From the NCBI RefSeq assembly GCF_009914755.1, contig NC_060928.1: a DNA stretch of 64,000 nucleotides. One strand, 5' to 3'. The notes below the pieces were generated by a model, which searched no databases, was not told the origin of the DNA, and saw nothing but the letters and a program-made list of their open reading frames with translations. Below, one piece after another: positions 1 through 16,330 of this stretch. The stretch comes from the human T2T-CHM13v2.0 reference genome, Homo sapiens. Every line of letters begins with the position of its first letter. Within the stretch, counting starts at the first letter, position 1. A program made the position numbers and the translations under genes.

Positions 1-329
1 AGCTTTTATCCTGACTTCCAGCTGTAAGTACTTCAGAGGCTATGAACATCAAGCTTTCCCCCAGGAATTACATTTGCCTTTCAATAAACTCTGAGGAAAG
101 TGTTTCAGATGCCAACTGTGTCCCTATCAACATTAGACTGGGCCAGGGACAAATCCTCACAACTACACTACACTTGTAAAACATCCCCATATTCTTTTAG
201 GAAATAAATCATTTTATGCTTATCCGTTTTTATCATGATGTGTGAACTACTACTTATTCCCTAGAAAATAATTCTCTATATCTTGGCCCCAAAAAGTTGT
301 TGCCTGATTGTCTACACTGCATATATGTT

Positions 330-1060
330 GATTCACTTATTCTTTCAACCAATATTCTCCAATATGTAGGAGGATATAAAAATGTTAACAAGACACAGAT
401 CTTGTCAAGACTTGTCTGATAAGGGAAATGAATGGGTTCACAGGCTGTTTCAGTAGCCTTCTGCTGCAATAGGTATAAGCATTGGGTGCTATGAAAGCAC
501 ACAGGAGGGACACTCACAGTCTTGAGGGGTGGCGAGAGTGCCCAGGGAAAAAGACGCTGGATTTGATAACTAAAGGAGGACTTGTGGCAAAGGAAAGAGA
601 AAACACTCCCATGAAAAGGCCCAGAGCCCAGAATAGGATGGTTCATAGACCTGTGAATGGTGGGACCATACAGTGAGGAAGATGAATCTGTAAGTTAGGC
701 AGAGGCCAAACAATGGAGAAGCTACCCTGGGATGCTAAAAATGTAGACTTTATTCTGAGGGCAATGGAAACCCAGGTAAGGGTTCTCAGCAAAAAAAAAA
801 AAAAAAGCAAAATGATCAAATCTGCACTTTAGGAAAACCCCTCTAGCGGCAATGTGCCAAAAAAGTTGAAGAAAAGGTTGCTAGCTGGCAGGAGTTGGAT
901 CATTACAGTCACCCGGGTGATGGATGTTGGTGTTTCAACCTCAAGCAACCTTGATAAGATTAGGGAGAACTACAAATGAACTTAAGCACTGAAGGAATAG
1001 AATCAACAGAACTTCGGGACTGACTAGATGTGGCAAATGAGTGACTCCAGGGTTTCTGGG
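330..1060 (-). mobile_element. LINE-2 (L2) 3' region, highly diverged
   Basis: Starts with the reverse complement of the L2 3' terminus (ttcacttattctttcaaccaatatt). Followed by typical L2 motifs such as tagactttattctgagggcaatggaaac, atgatcaaatctgcactttaggaaaa and gactccagggtttctggg. Boundaries approximate. Confidence 0.7.
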
Positions 1061-3049
1061 AGAGAGTTCTGTTGGTTACCACCTGTGTAACCATACATAG
1101 AGGATTTAGATGGCATATGAACACATACATACAAGCATTCCTCATGCTCTATTTCTAATTTCCTTTGACTTTTAAAAAATATACTTTAAAATGTCCAAGT
1201 CATAAAAAATATGTGTGTCCCTTTTAGAATTCCAAAATTAAGGTCCCTACCCAAGGATGAATTTAATATGCAGTGTACCTGCCTTCCTTCTTCAAGATTG
1301 TATAAGTTCCTATCAGAGTAATGGGCCTCCTGAATGAGTTCTGACCCTCAGGAAACCTTCCATAGGAATAGGTTCAATTTGATACTTTTTCATGATCCAG
1401 CATATTAGTTACAAAGCTGAGATTTGGCTCTTCTCCCATGCTTGCCTCCTGTGCCTTTTAGTGACTTCCAATACCTCACCTTCATCTTTATGAGGCTGGA
1501 ATGAATTGCAACATCACTGGTCCATATTATCTGAAAATGCAGGTCAAACATAAAGAGAAGTCCTCTGAAACTGACTTCAGAAAATATTAGCTTTCCTTTT
1601 ACTATCAACATTTAATATTGCTTTCAGCAAAGGATTCTACTTGTTTCTCTATTATTTTGGTATTCCACTATTTTTGAAAAAATAGTCAGATGTTCCAAAT
1701 ACCATATGGCCATAGGGGGAATTTAGCTGGAGTTCAGACTTTCACGCATGAGCACCAAAGGAAGTGTGAGGGGATTCAGCAGAGTGAAGGCCAGTCCTTT
1801 CTATGCTTAGGGGCATAAATCAAGATTAGGTAAAGTATGTTTCCACTTGTCCCAGGAATAGTACTGCCATGCCCTATAAGATTCAGAATAGCGTCCTAAA
1901 TTATTGCTGATGAAATAGTTTTAAAGAGGAACTGCCTCGTGGGATCTATATTTTTGTTCTTGTCTCTCCATGTTCCGCATGACTTGCTTTACAAGAGCTC
2001 TCAAGCGCAAGCATGAAAGCCAAATCTGATGAGGAAACAGCTTCTTCTGATTCCCCACAACACCGTTTCCCCTGATTTCTCTGATAAGCATTTGATTTCC
2101 ACATAGAGCTTTTTCAAGACATTCTTTTTACAGAATACTGAATCTCATATTGTGTTTTTAATATGATCGTTTAGTGGAAACCAATGTTCCAGTCATTATT
2201 TTTCTAGCCATATTCTAGTTTCAGCCATGCTGATTGGTATTAGGGCCACGTAATCAGTAGTGTTTCTAATTGCAGCGGAGAGAATGCTCTTCTACAGGTC
2301 ACAGTGATTCATGATCTAGCACTGCAGTATCTCCTTTACAGTCCATAATGAAAGGGCTTTCTGCCTTAGCTGGACTGTGCCATGTTTTATGGCATACGGT
2401 AAAGATATTTATTTAACAAATGATTTTGCCACACTGTATGCCTACATAACTAAATCATGTCTAAATATATTCAGTCTTGTGTTAGAAAACCTCTTTATCT
2501 TAAGTAGGGCCGGTCGAATCTGCCCAAATATGATATTTAAAAACTTTGTGTATAGCTTAGTAGTGCAAGGAAAAATACTATAAAATTAATCTTAGTTTTT
2601 AAGAATTTGTGCTTATTTTTAGAATTACTCTTCTCTTAAATATTTTATTGTACAGTTTTGTTGTTGTGGCTAGATATATTTAAGATATCTTATTATATGG
2701 AATATAAATTGTAGGAGAAAAGTTGAAGTACAGCCTATACAATATTGAATACAAAATGGTTAACTAGGCATATTGTGAATATCTTAAGTCACAAGAATAC
2801 ATTGAACTGCTGCAGCCAAGAGAGTGAAGTAAATGGTTTAATTTGGAAATGTTATAAATTCTAAACTCTGGTGGGGGATGGGATACTAAAAGGGTAACAA
2901 ATTATTTAATGAAATTCTCAATTAGGAAGTTACTCCCTCTAAAAGGTATTCTAAGCACTCTTTCTTTTGCTGTACTCCAGCAGAGAACAAAGGAACTGAA
3001 CAAATATGCCACCAGACCAGGAGATTACTTTAAAAAACAGAGCTGGAGC

Positions 3050-3075
3050 TTCAATAAATAAATAAATAAATACAT
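3050..3075 (+). repeat. (AAAT)n microsatellite
   Basis: aataaataaataaataaata read directly. Confidence 0.8.
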
Positions 3076-3349
3076 AGATAAATTAAACAAATAAACCCCA
3101 AACAAAATAAAATAGTAAAACAGCAGACACTTTGTAGAATGCAATCCTCCTTATTAATACAATTGATAAATACTTTACTACAGGGAAACATTAACATATG
3201 TAAAAGTAAATAGTGGATTGTAATAATGGCTCTAATCTAAGTAGTTTAAGAAATAAGCACAGGCTAATTTTATATAAGAACCACTAAAAATAATCAGTAC
3301 AACTTGAACAATTTAAGAATAATTTAAAATATCAATAACTGTAGAAATA

Positions 3350-3560
3350 AAAATTATCATTTATTATTTCTATTTTCCACACACTCTGCTAAACAATTTA
3401 TATTCATTGCCTTATTTAATCCTCACAATAAATCTATTGCAGTGGGTACTTATTTTAATGCTTGTTTTATGAATGAAGAAATTGTTGCTTAGAGTGGCCA
3501 AGAAATTTGCCCAAGGATAAATGATGGTAAAAACAAGATTCTGACCCAGTCAAAATTACT
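3350..3560 (-). mobile_element. MIR SINE
   Basis: MIR core in reverse orientation: ttatttaatcctcacaataaatct...ttttatgaatgaagaaatt...aatttgcccaagg. Confidence 0.7.
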
Positions 3561-3982
3561 CCTTTATCATACTCTCTTCCCTGACACTCTAGGAAAAGTA
3601 TTGTCAACAAATTATTCTCCTGATGGCTTTCACCAGCTCCTTAATAAGGATGAATTAAATAAATGAATTAATAGGAATGAATGACTCTAATTTACATTCG
3701 AATCTCAGCAAATAGCATTTGTAATTTTTGTATAACTTCATGTTCAACTTTCTAAAAAAAGTATGTACTTCTAATTATAGAGTGAGGGTTTAGTCATTCT
3801 CAAAAATTCTTTTAAAACTTTCTTAGAGTTTCTAGTTAAAAATCTTAATTTCCAGTAACTCTGTGGAACAAAACTAGATAAACATCATAATTTAGAGAAT
3901 ATTTTTACAAGGAGTAATCCAGTCTGGAAGTGCTCCATGTTACAGTAGTACTGACCACAGCTACAATTGATGTCATTTTTAC

Positions 3983-4228
3983 TGGTGGCCAACTTGCCTG
4001 AGGTTTCTAAGGCAATTTTTACAAATAATTTATATATCTTCTTTCTAGGTATTTGTGCTTTCCTTATGTATTATGACAATTTTCCTCACCTACACTTTTA
4101 TACAAAAGATGTACACATATGCATAAATGCATACACTCACACTTACATGCTTCACATATATGTAAACAAGCCACTCATAGCTATAGATTTTTTTTTAATT
4201 TCAAGGCTATTGTAATTGAGAGGCTACT
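3983..4228 (+). repeat. Copy 1 of a ~250-bp diverged direct duplication (partner 5612-5878)
   Basis: Colinear matches, e.g. tatttgtgctttccttatgtattatgacaatttt / tatttgtgcttttcttatgtattatgataatttc and aatttcaaggctattgtaattga / aatttcaaggctattgcagttga. Confidence 0.9.
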
Positions 4229-5611
4229 TTGATCGCCTAGCAGTTATATCCATGCGGTGTCAGCAACTGCCCAGCTTATGATGATATAAGGGCACTAATG
4301 ATATTATATTCACTGAGCTGCCATAATACGTTTCCAGAGAAAGATAACTTAATTGGCAGCCTATTATCTGAGTAGGTATATGGGTGCTCTGGCATTTGGA
4401 ATGTGCTCATTGAAGCCAAGGTAATTGAGGCATCAGGTGATTTGAGTAATGGTGATTAGAATCATCTGTGTGCAATGTGCAGTGAGTAAGAACATGTGTA
4501 GGAAAGAATCCTTTTTATGAGACATTTAATTGTTGAGACCCCTGAATAACCTTGCTATTCTTTTACCCTCCTCACTTCTAAATCTACTATTAATTCAAGC
4601 TGGAAATAATTTACACAAATATTCCTGGGATTTATTTTTGTAACGATTATGAGATCTTCGGGTAAAAACCCAAACTTATTTTGAAGGTAAAATACTTGTT
4701 ACTTGATACATATTCTCGTAAGTGTATATTCATTCAACAGTCTGCACCACAGCTAAAGGAATCACAAATGGTTTTGATATGTTTCAGAATATATCATGAT
4801 GACAGTATCTGAAGAAACTTGAACAGATTTCTAGATTTTGTTAATGTTGGAGAAAAATATGTCAGTGTGAAAGTCTCTATAAGTATGTGGAAAATTCATG
4901 ATAAACTGAATGAATAAATAATAATTTCCTCCCTATTAATACCAACAATACTGACTATAAATATTAAAGAACACATCAATTTATTCTAAATTAGATTGTA
5001 TAAATTCTAAGTTTTGTTCTAAATCCCATTAGGTCTGAGAGGCCTATTGTTGGGGGAGAAAAAAACATAATATACAAGGATAGCATTAAACCCTAGGCTT
5101 CCCTACATAAACTACTAGTAAAAAATATTTTAAACAGAAAAAGACAGAGATCAAATGTCTATTTGACATGTTTTATCCTATGACAGTTGCTTACAGATAT
5201 TTGTTAAATTAATAAATGTATATTTGGGAAGCAGAGTTCTGTAATCTGATTATAGGGTTATAGTAATTTTGTTTAAAATTATTTTCCAATAGGAACTTAA
5301 CTTTTACAGCCAAATAGCAGTGAATTTTAAACACGTGACAAGTCACAAAAAACTTTAAAATATGTTACTTCAAATATTGGATGGTAAATGTTAGTAAATG
5401 AGAGTCAGTATGATCATGACTATGTTATCTTTGAGTGATTGTGTAGTAAGCCATTCCCAAAAATGTTGGGAAACTTAGTGAAAATTAGCATTAGATATGA
5501 ATGTAATATTAATGAAGGCTTTGAAATAGCCATTACCACTATGTGGAAGCATCAGAACCAACCCTGTGGAAGATCAATTGATCCTGGAAACACTATCTTT
5601 TTCTGGGTTAT

Positions 5612-5878
5612 TGGTGGCAAAGTTGCATGAGCCTTCTAAGGCAAGTTTTACTAATCATTTATATATTTTCTTTGTTCTTTTCTTGTGTTTTTATTTGTGC
5701 TTTTCTTATGTATTATGATAATTTCCCACCTATATTCTTATACCAAATACTTTTTTGCACATGTATGCATAAATGTATACACTCACATGCTTCACATGTA
5801 TGTGAACAAGCACACAGAGCTACAATTTTTGGTTTTGTTTTTTGTAAATTTCAAGGCTATTGCAGTTGAACAGTTACT
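5612..5878 (+). repeat. Copy 2 of a ~250-bp diverged direct duplication (partner 3983-4228)
   Basis: Aligns by eye to 3983-4228 along its whole length, with small indels. Confidence 0.9.
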
Positions 5879-6802
5879 ATAATAGGTGGAATAAACCTGC
5901 ATCATAGCCCTTCCTGTGGCTTTTCTATATCATTTTTCTCCTTTAAAAATATTGTGTGAGTAATCTTTAATCCTTTAACAAAACAGGCTTGGTCAAAAGG
6001 TAGCATTATCTACTTACTAATGAGACTTAAACTTAGAGATAACCTTTTTCATTTAAGTCAAGTCTCTAGTTTTCCAATGTCAGGGTTTATTATAACCACT
6101 TTATATTTAACAAAAAACTTTCATGCTGCTAGAGTCTAATTAGATAGTGACATTACGAGTGAACTCTGAAGAACAGATGTTTGGAAAAGTGGAGCAAGAG
6201 GTCATGTCTGCTGAGCACATCACGGTACAATAAAACTCCTAATGTGTCTTAATAACTTACATCACAATAACCTGCCTAATAGGTTAGTTAATACTGCCAA
6301 TTATGAAAGAAAACAAAATTGTTACCTAAAATGACTTCTTTCAACTAATATTTTCTTTAGCAGGTCTGATTAAAAAAAGGGGTTGGAAGGTACAAGCAGC
6401 TACCAATTTCATAGAAATACCTTCCTTGTCGATCAATCATATACCTCACTGAAGAAAGGAATCATTAACAAGCTACAAAGTTTTCATTAAATTTTAATGA
6501 AGAAGTGTAGTTGATAGAATTTATCAATCTCACAGTTAGCATAGGGTCCTTTATAATTTTCTCAATGTTCACATTTACTTTTAATCATATTTCCTGAAAA
6601 ATCAACTCACTTTCCTGGTTCCCCTCCTTCTGTCAATATTACTATCATCATTCTAGTCACCTAGGAAGAAAAATCTAGATATAATATCCAGATCCTTTTA
6701 AGCATCAAGTCATGTCATTTCCCTTGGGATATTTCTCAGATCCAGCATCTTCCTCTGAATTTCTATTGCGATCAACATTAGCATGGTTTGAATCAGGAAT
6801 TT

Positions 6803-7099
6803 ATTATTATTATTATTATTATTATTATACTTTAAGTTCTGGGTTACAAGGAGAGAGTGAGCAGTTTTGTTATATAGGTATACACATGCCATGGTGGTTT
6901 GCTGCACCCATCAACCCGTCACCTACATTAGATATTTCTCCTGATGTTATCCCTCTGCTAGCCCCCCACCCGCCACAGGCCCTGGTGTGTGATGTTCCCC
7001 TTTCTATGTCCATGTGTTCTCATTGTTCAACTCCCACTTATGAGTGAGAACATCCGGTATTTGGTTTTCTGATCTTGTGATAGTTTGCAGAGAATGATG
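6803..7099 (-). mobile_element. 5'-truncated L1PA 3' end (older primate subfamily, roughly L1PA7-PA10) with (TAA)n tail
   Basis: L1 3' UTR (tatactttaagttctggg...gctgcacccatcaaccc...gagtgagaacat). Degenerate TSD tgaatcaggaattt (6789-6802) / tgaacaaggaattt (7100-7113). Confidence 0.9.
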
Positions 7100-7176
7100 T
7101 GAACAAGGAATTTCTGAAAGCCAGAGACTAGACACATAGGGGTGAATAAGATAAAAGATGTTAAAAAAATCTGTTG

Positions 7177-7240
7177 ATCATGCCACTGCACTCCAGATTG
7201 GCAACAAAGGGAGACTCCATCTCAAAAAAAAAAAAAAAAA
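7177..7240 (+). mobile_element. Extremely 5'-truncated Alu (last ~46 nt plus poly-A)
   Basis: atcatgccactgcactccag...gagactccatctc(A)18. TSD aaaaaaatctgttg (7163-7176) / aaaaaaagctgttg (7234-7247), preceded by tt (TT/AAAA site). Confidence 0.85.
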
Positions 7241-7319
7241 GCTGTTGTATTTTGACTACTCAATATCCATTTGTCTTCCACAATAGAGATAGCCTTGAGG
7301 AACTCTGAGAATGTTTTGA

Positions 7320-8330
7320 AAATTTACTGGATTTAATCTTGTTAAGGAAATCAGAAGAGGCTTCCCTAAGCAATTGAGTCTGAAACTGAATTGTAACATA
7401 TAAGTAGGAATAAACTAAGCAATGAAGGGAAGGAAGGGTAATCCAGGCTGAGGGAATATTATGTAAAAAGATGCTATGATGGTGAAAAAAGAAATGAGAA
7501 GAAGGCCTGTGCTGTTCCAACAGAGAGCAACAAGGAGCATCATCACATGAACGAGCCTGGAGAGACAAGACCATGCAGTCTTGAGAGCCATGTTAAAAAA
7601 TTTCATTTTTATCCAAGATCACTGGACCTTTCATGAGATCTCAAATGCAACATGTTGAAAAACAAGAATCTTTCTTCACCCTGGACTCTGATTTCTCCCA
7701 TTTTAGTTCCTAATGTTTAGTGAGTGGTTTCCTTTACCCAGGCTCTAAAACAAACCTTCAGTCAGTCACCAAGGTCAGTCTATTCTACCTCATATACCTC
7801 ACATTTATATCACTTGTGTCACTGCTGTTCAATTCAGGTGTCATCATTTTTTTCTTGATTTACGTAATTAGAATTCTCCCTGTTCTCCAGCTTAGCCTCC
7901 CTTTAATTCATCCACTTGACTGCTCCTTAAGTGACCTTTCAAAATTATTGAAATAATCCCATTAATTCTCTGTCCCTTCATAGTAAACCTAAAAATTCAG
8001 TTCAGCTTAGTTTACCACGCAAACCACTACCTAAATCTTTATTCTCAGTCTTGCAACTTCTTTAAATGCTTTATTTCAGTACTGAGCTTCCTACAACATG
8101 AATGAGACATTATTTCATGCTGTGATTATTATTTCATGTGTGTTAGTTTGATTTGGGTCCTTTATCCAACCTTGTCAAACTATTAGTTTGGTGCAAAAGT
8201 AATTGCCATTACTGTTAATGGCCAAAACCGCAATTACTTTTGTACAAACCCAGTAACATCTTGACTTTAAGACTCAACCAAAGCAGCATCTCCTCAAGGA
8301 AGATTTTAACTCACTTATCCCTCCTCTAGC
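7320..8330. mobile_element. L2 fragments (minus ~7320-7620, plus ~7630-8330)
   Basis: Minus-type motifs gaaatcagaagaggcttccct...ccaggctgagggaat; plus-type motifs tctcaaatgcaacatgt and aagactcaaccaaagcagcatctcctcaggaag. Confidence 0.5.
8183..8253. mobile_element. MADE1 (Hsmar1-derived mariner MITE)
   Basis: ttagtttggtgcaaaagtaattgc...gcaattacttttgtacaaacccag palindrome flanked by TA at 8181-8182 and 8254-8255. The left arm has a ~9-bp deletion. Confidence 0.9.
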
Positions 8331-8660
8331 TCTGTCAACTTTTAAAAGAATATTTTATAAATGTTCAGTAATGGTTTGTTTTAAGATTTGTCACCTTAAC
8401 CAGATCATCTATAACTATGTCACTTGAATCATGGAGGAACTTAACAACTCTTTGTCAAACTATAGATTTTACATGACAATGTATTTAATTGCTATAATAA
8501 TTCTGTTCAGTAAACAATCTTAAAGCTATTAAAGTTGAAAGTGTGACGCGGAGAGGGTAAATATCTTGCTCAAGAAATAGTTCTTCAATTAATAAGGAAC
8601 TCTGTGCTCTCTGTGTAATAGAAAACCAATATTTATGTTAAAGGTGACTCTTTCGTTTTT

Positions 8661-8719
8661 GAGTTTCACTGTTTACTATCTACTGTTGATAGAGTTTCAC
8701 TGTTTGCTATCTACTATTG
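8661..8719 (+). repeat. 31-bp tandem duplication
   Basis: gagtttcactgtttactatctactgttg and gagtttcactgtttgctatctactattg, starting at 8661 and 8692. Confidence 0.9.
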
Positions 8720-9295
8720 GACCATTATTAGCATTAACTATAACTTAGTCAAGAGGCCCATTTGAGGGTTTCATTGTAAAAAGCCTATATATATAGCATA
8801 TTATATTACAATTATAATATTCCAATACTAAAAATAATGACAATAGCAATCCAAGATTCCCACAGTTGCAGGGAAAAAGGCCAACATCATCTCTGTATAA
8901 TATGGACCAATCCTCCTAACATCATCAAATGATATTATGAAGTTAAAACTCTGAGCAGTGATTAATGATGAAAATTAGAAATGGAACTTCGCTAATCTCT
9001 ATTAATATAGAGAGTTACAGGGAAGAGGGAGTTTGCAATTTTATATTAGTAGTTCTGAAAAGGCCTCACTGAAAGAGTAATATTGAGCAAACTCCTGAAA
9101 AAGAGAAGCCCATTTAGTTTCCTGAAAAAAAAAAGAAAAATTATAGCAGTAGAATTTGTCATACCAAGAGAAACTGAGATCCCCCATGGGGTCAAAGACG
9201 TAGAGAGTTTAAATAAGGAGGGAGGATGAACCACCAAATGCTACAGAGTAGACATATAACATCAAGGCAAGAAGCACCTACTAGTTTTCATAACG

Positions 9296-9602
9296 TTGTT
9301 TTGTTTTGTTTTGTTTTGTTTTTGAAACAGGGTCTTGCTCTGTTGTCCAGGCCAAGTGCAGTAGCACAATCATGGCTCACTGCAGCTTTGACCTCCTAGA
9401 CTCAAGCAATCCTTCTGCCTCAGCCTCCTGAGTATCTGGGACTACAGGGCATGCCACCATACCCTTCTAATTTTTTATTTTTTGTAGAGACAGGGTTTTG
9501 TTATGTTGCCCAGGCTGATCTCAAACTCCCAGATGCAAACAATCCTCTCACCTCAGTTTCCCAAGATGCTGGGATTACAAGTGTTAGCTACTGTGCCTGG
9601 CC
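9296..9602 (-). mobile_element. AluJ with (CAAAA)n tail
   Basis: Full dimeric Alu in reverse orientation with AluJ-type diagnostics (acagggtcttgctctg, atcatggctcactgcagc, ctcaagcaatcc). Confidence 0.9.
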
Positions 9603-9749
9603 ATTATTTTCTTTAAAGGATTTTCAGGGGGAGTGTAGGAGCAAACAGAAGCAAAACAACCAAAAACCCAGAGTGCAGCAAATTGAAGAAATGATTAAGA
9701 GGTGAAAACAAAATCCAGCATATGTGAACAACTGTTTTGAATAAAATGA

Positions 9750-10582
9750 CACTTGCATCCCTCCACATTAAATTCATCAAGAAGTTGTGTCACCTCTACC
9801 TTGAAAATGTATCAGTATCTCACTGCTATTTATCCCCTCCAATGCCATTCTAATCTAAGCGACTACCATCCCTTTTCTAGGTAGTTAATAAAGTCTCCTA
9901 ATTAGCCATTCCACTTACTCTGTTCCCTTCTATAGCATATTTGCCATAGCAGCAAGTACTTTTTAGTTAAAATATTACTTCTGTAATCAAAACTCACAGT
10001 ATAACTTTCCTTTCACTCAAAATCTTTGCAATAATCACAAAACCCTATGTAATATACCCCCTACTACCATCTTATTGAGTTCAAATTCTACAACTGCCCA
10101 CTTTCCTCATTCAGTTCCCAACCACTCTGCCCCCCTTATATTCCTCAAATATGCCAAATATAGTATTACCTCAGGACCTTTATGCATGTTGTTCCCGCTG
10201 CTTGAATTGCTACTTCCATCTGATATCTCTGTAATTTTTTTCTTCATTTACTTCAGGTCTTTGCTCAAATAGCACTCTTACACTGAGGTCTTCCTTGAGC
10301 AATATAAAATTCCAAACTCCTCTTTCATCCCTTAATCTCTCTCTACACCCATTCCCTGCTTTTTTCTTTTTCCATAGCACTTATCATCAGGTAATATTCT
10401 ACCTGTTTTATTCATCTTTAATTTATCATTTATCTCTACACACTACAACAGTAGCTGCTATATCAGAGCAGGGACTTTTATCTGCTTCATTTACTGTTTT
10501 ATCTACAGGACCTAGAACATGCTGAGTGAGTTATATAATAGGTGCTGAGTGAGTATTTGTTGCATAAATAAAATGAGTGAAT
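9750..10582 (+). mobile_element. L2 (L2a-like) 3' region
   Basis: cctcaggacctttatgcatgttgttcccgctgcttgaa...ttcaggtctttgctcaaat...gagcagggactttt...taggtgctgagtgagtatttgttgcataaataaaatgagtgaa matches the L2 3' terminus. Confidence 0.8.
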
Positions 10583-10799
10583 TTTTTTTTAAAAATGAAA
10601 AAATTGGATTAAGGAAGCAGAAGTTCATGGAAGAAATTTTAAAGTACGAACAATAGCAGAACATATGTATATACTGATGACAAAGAGGAAGAGAAGGTAG
10701 AATGGTAAACATACAGGAAAACAAGGAAATTATTGATAGAACAAAACCCCTGCAGCAGCAAGAAAGCATGGGTTTTAGCAGAAATATACATTTAAAAAT

Positions 10800-10843
10800 G
10801 CATATTACCACCTCAAACCCATTGACATGGCTCCTATCAGCAC

Positions 10844-10874
<31 letters not shown>

Positions 10875-11217
10875 AATAACAACTGTTGATGGAGATGAGG
10901 AAAAATTAGAACCCTTGTTCACTGCTGGTGGAAATGTAAGATGGTACAGCCACTATGAAAAACATTATGGAGATTCCTCAAAAACTTAAAAATAAAACTT
11001 CCATATGATCCAGCAATTCCACTTCTGGGCATATACCCAAAAGAATTAAAAGCAAGATCTTAAAGAGATATTTGTACACCCATGTTTATAACAGCACTAT
11101 TCACACTAGCTAAAATGAGGAAGCAACAAATGTTCATAAGTGGATGGATGAATTAATAAGCAAAATGTGGTATATATATACAGTGGAATATTATTCAGCC
11201 TTAAATTAGAAGGAAAT
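10800..11217 (+). mobile_element. Old L1 (L1MB-like) ORF2 3' end, 5' part; interrupted by the young L1
   Basis: ccatatgatccagcaattccacttctgggcatatacccaaaagaa...gatatttgtacacccatgttt. Contains a (CA)n at ~10841-10873 and continues at 17368. Confidence 0.85.
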
Positions 11218-11447
11218 CTTTTTTTTTATTTTTTTTATTATTATTATACTTTAAGTTTTAGGGTACATGTGCACAATGTGCAGGTTTGTTACATATGTAT
11301 ACATGTGCCATGCTGGTGGGCTGCACCCATTAATTCGTCATTTACCATTAGGTAAATCTCCTAATGCTATCCCTCCCCTCTCCCCCCACCCCACAACAGT
11401 CCCCAGAGTGTGATGTTCCCCTTCCTGTGTCCATGTGTTCTCATTGT

Positions 11448-15250
<3,803 letters not shown>

Positions 15251-15313
15251 TATGATGTTAGCTGGTGATTTTGCTCGTTAGTTGATGCAGTTTCTTCCTA
15301 GTCTCGATGGTCT

Positions 15314-16330
15314 TTACATTTTGGCATGATTTTGCAGCGGCTGGTACCGGTTGTGCCTTTCCATGTTTAGCGCTTCCTTCAGGAGCTCTTTTAGGGCAGG
15401 CCTGGTGGTGACAAAATCTCTCAGCATTTGCTTGTCTGTAAAGGATTTTATTTCTCCTTCACTTATGAAGCTTCGTTTGGCTGGATATGAAATTCTGGGT
15501 TGAAAATTCTTTTCTTTAAGAATGTTGAATATTGGCCCCCACTCTCTTCTGGCTTGTAGGGTTTCTGCCAAGAGATCTGCTGTTAGTCTGATAGGCTTCC
15601 CTTTGTGGGTAACCCGACCTTTCTCTCTGGATCCCCTTAACATTTTTTCCTTCATTTCAACTTTGGTGAATCTGACAATTATGTGTCTTGGAGTTGCTCT
15701 TCTCGAGGAGTATCTTTGTGGTGTTCTCTGTATTTCCTGAATCTGAATGTTGGCCTGCCTTGCTAGATTGGGGAAGTTCTCCTGGATAATATCCTACAGA
15801 GTGTTTTCCAACTTGGTTCCATTCTCCCCGTCACTTTTAGGTACACCAATCAGACGCAGATTTGGTCTTTTCACCTAGTCCCATATTTCTTGGAGGCTTT
15901 GTTCATTTCTTTTTATTCTTTTTTCTCTAAACTTCCCTTCTCACTTCATTTCATTCATTTCATCTTCCATCACTGATACCCTTTCTTCCAGTTGATCACA
16001 TCAGCTCCTGAGGCTTCTGCATTCTTCACATAGTTCTCGAGCCTTGGCTTTCAGCTCCATCAGCTCCTTTAAGCACTTCTCTGTATTGGTTATTCTAGTT
16101 ATACATTCGTCTAAATTTTTTTCAAAGTTTTCAACTTCTTTGCCTTTGGTTTGAATTTCCTCCTGTAGCTCGGAGTGGTTTGACTGTCTGAAGCCTTCTT
16201 CTCTCAACTCGTCAAAGTCATTCTCCGTCCAGCTTTGTTCCGCTGCTGGTGAGGAACTGCATTCCTTTGGAGGAGGAGAGGCGCTCTGCTTTTTAGAGTT
16301 TCCAGTTTTTCTGCTCTGTTTTTTCCCCAT
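15314..16330 (-). pseudogene. L1 ORF1p (RNA-binding chaperone), disrupted by nonsense codons
   Basis: MGKKQSRKTGNSKKQSASPPPKE... to ...YQPLQNHAKM*. The 1017-nt span stays in frame but contains in-frame TGA stops (e.g. 16001-16003), consistent with CGA>TGA CpG decay. Confidence 0.95.

Noticed and set aside
2229-2256. ATTGG...CCACG resembling an ER-stress element
   Set aside because: Spacing and orientation (ATTGG-N8-CCACG) fit neither ERSE (CCAAT-N9-CCACG) nor ERSE-II (ATTGG-N-CCACG), and there is no promoter context.
3967-5882. Two ORFs sharing ICAFLMYYDNFP, suggesting paralogous small membrane proteins
   Set aside because: The similarity follows from the DNA duplication. Frames diverge through indels, the starts are weak (the 3967 ORF opens at TTG) and there is no gene structure.
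8661-8719. CRISPR-like repeat
   Set aside because: Only two adjacent units, no spacers, eukaryotic context and no cas genes.
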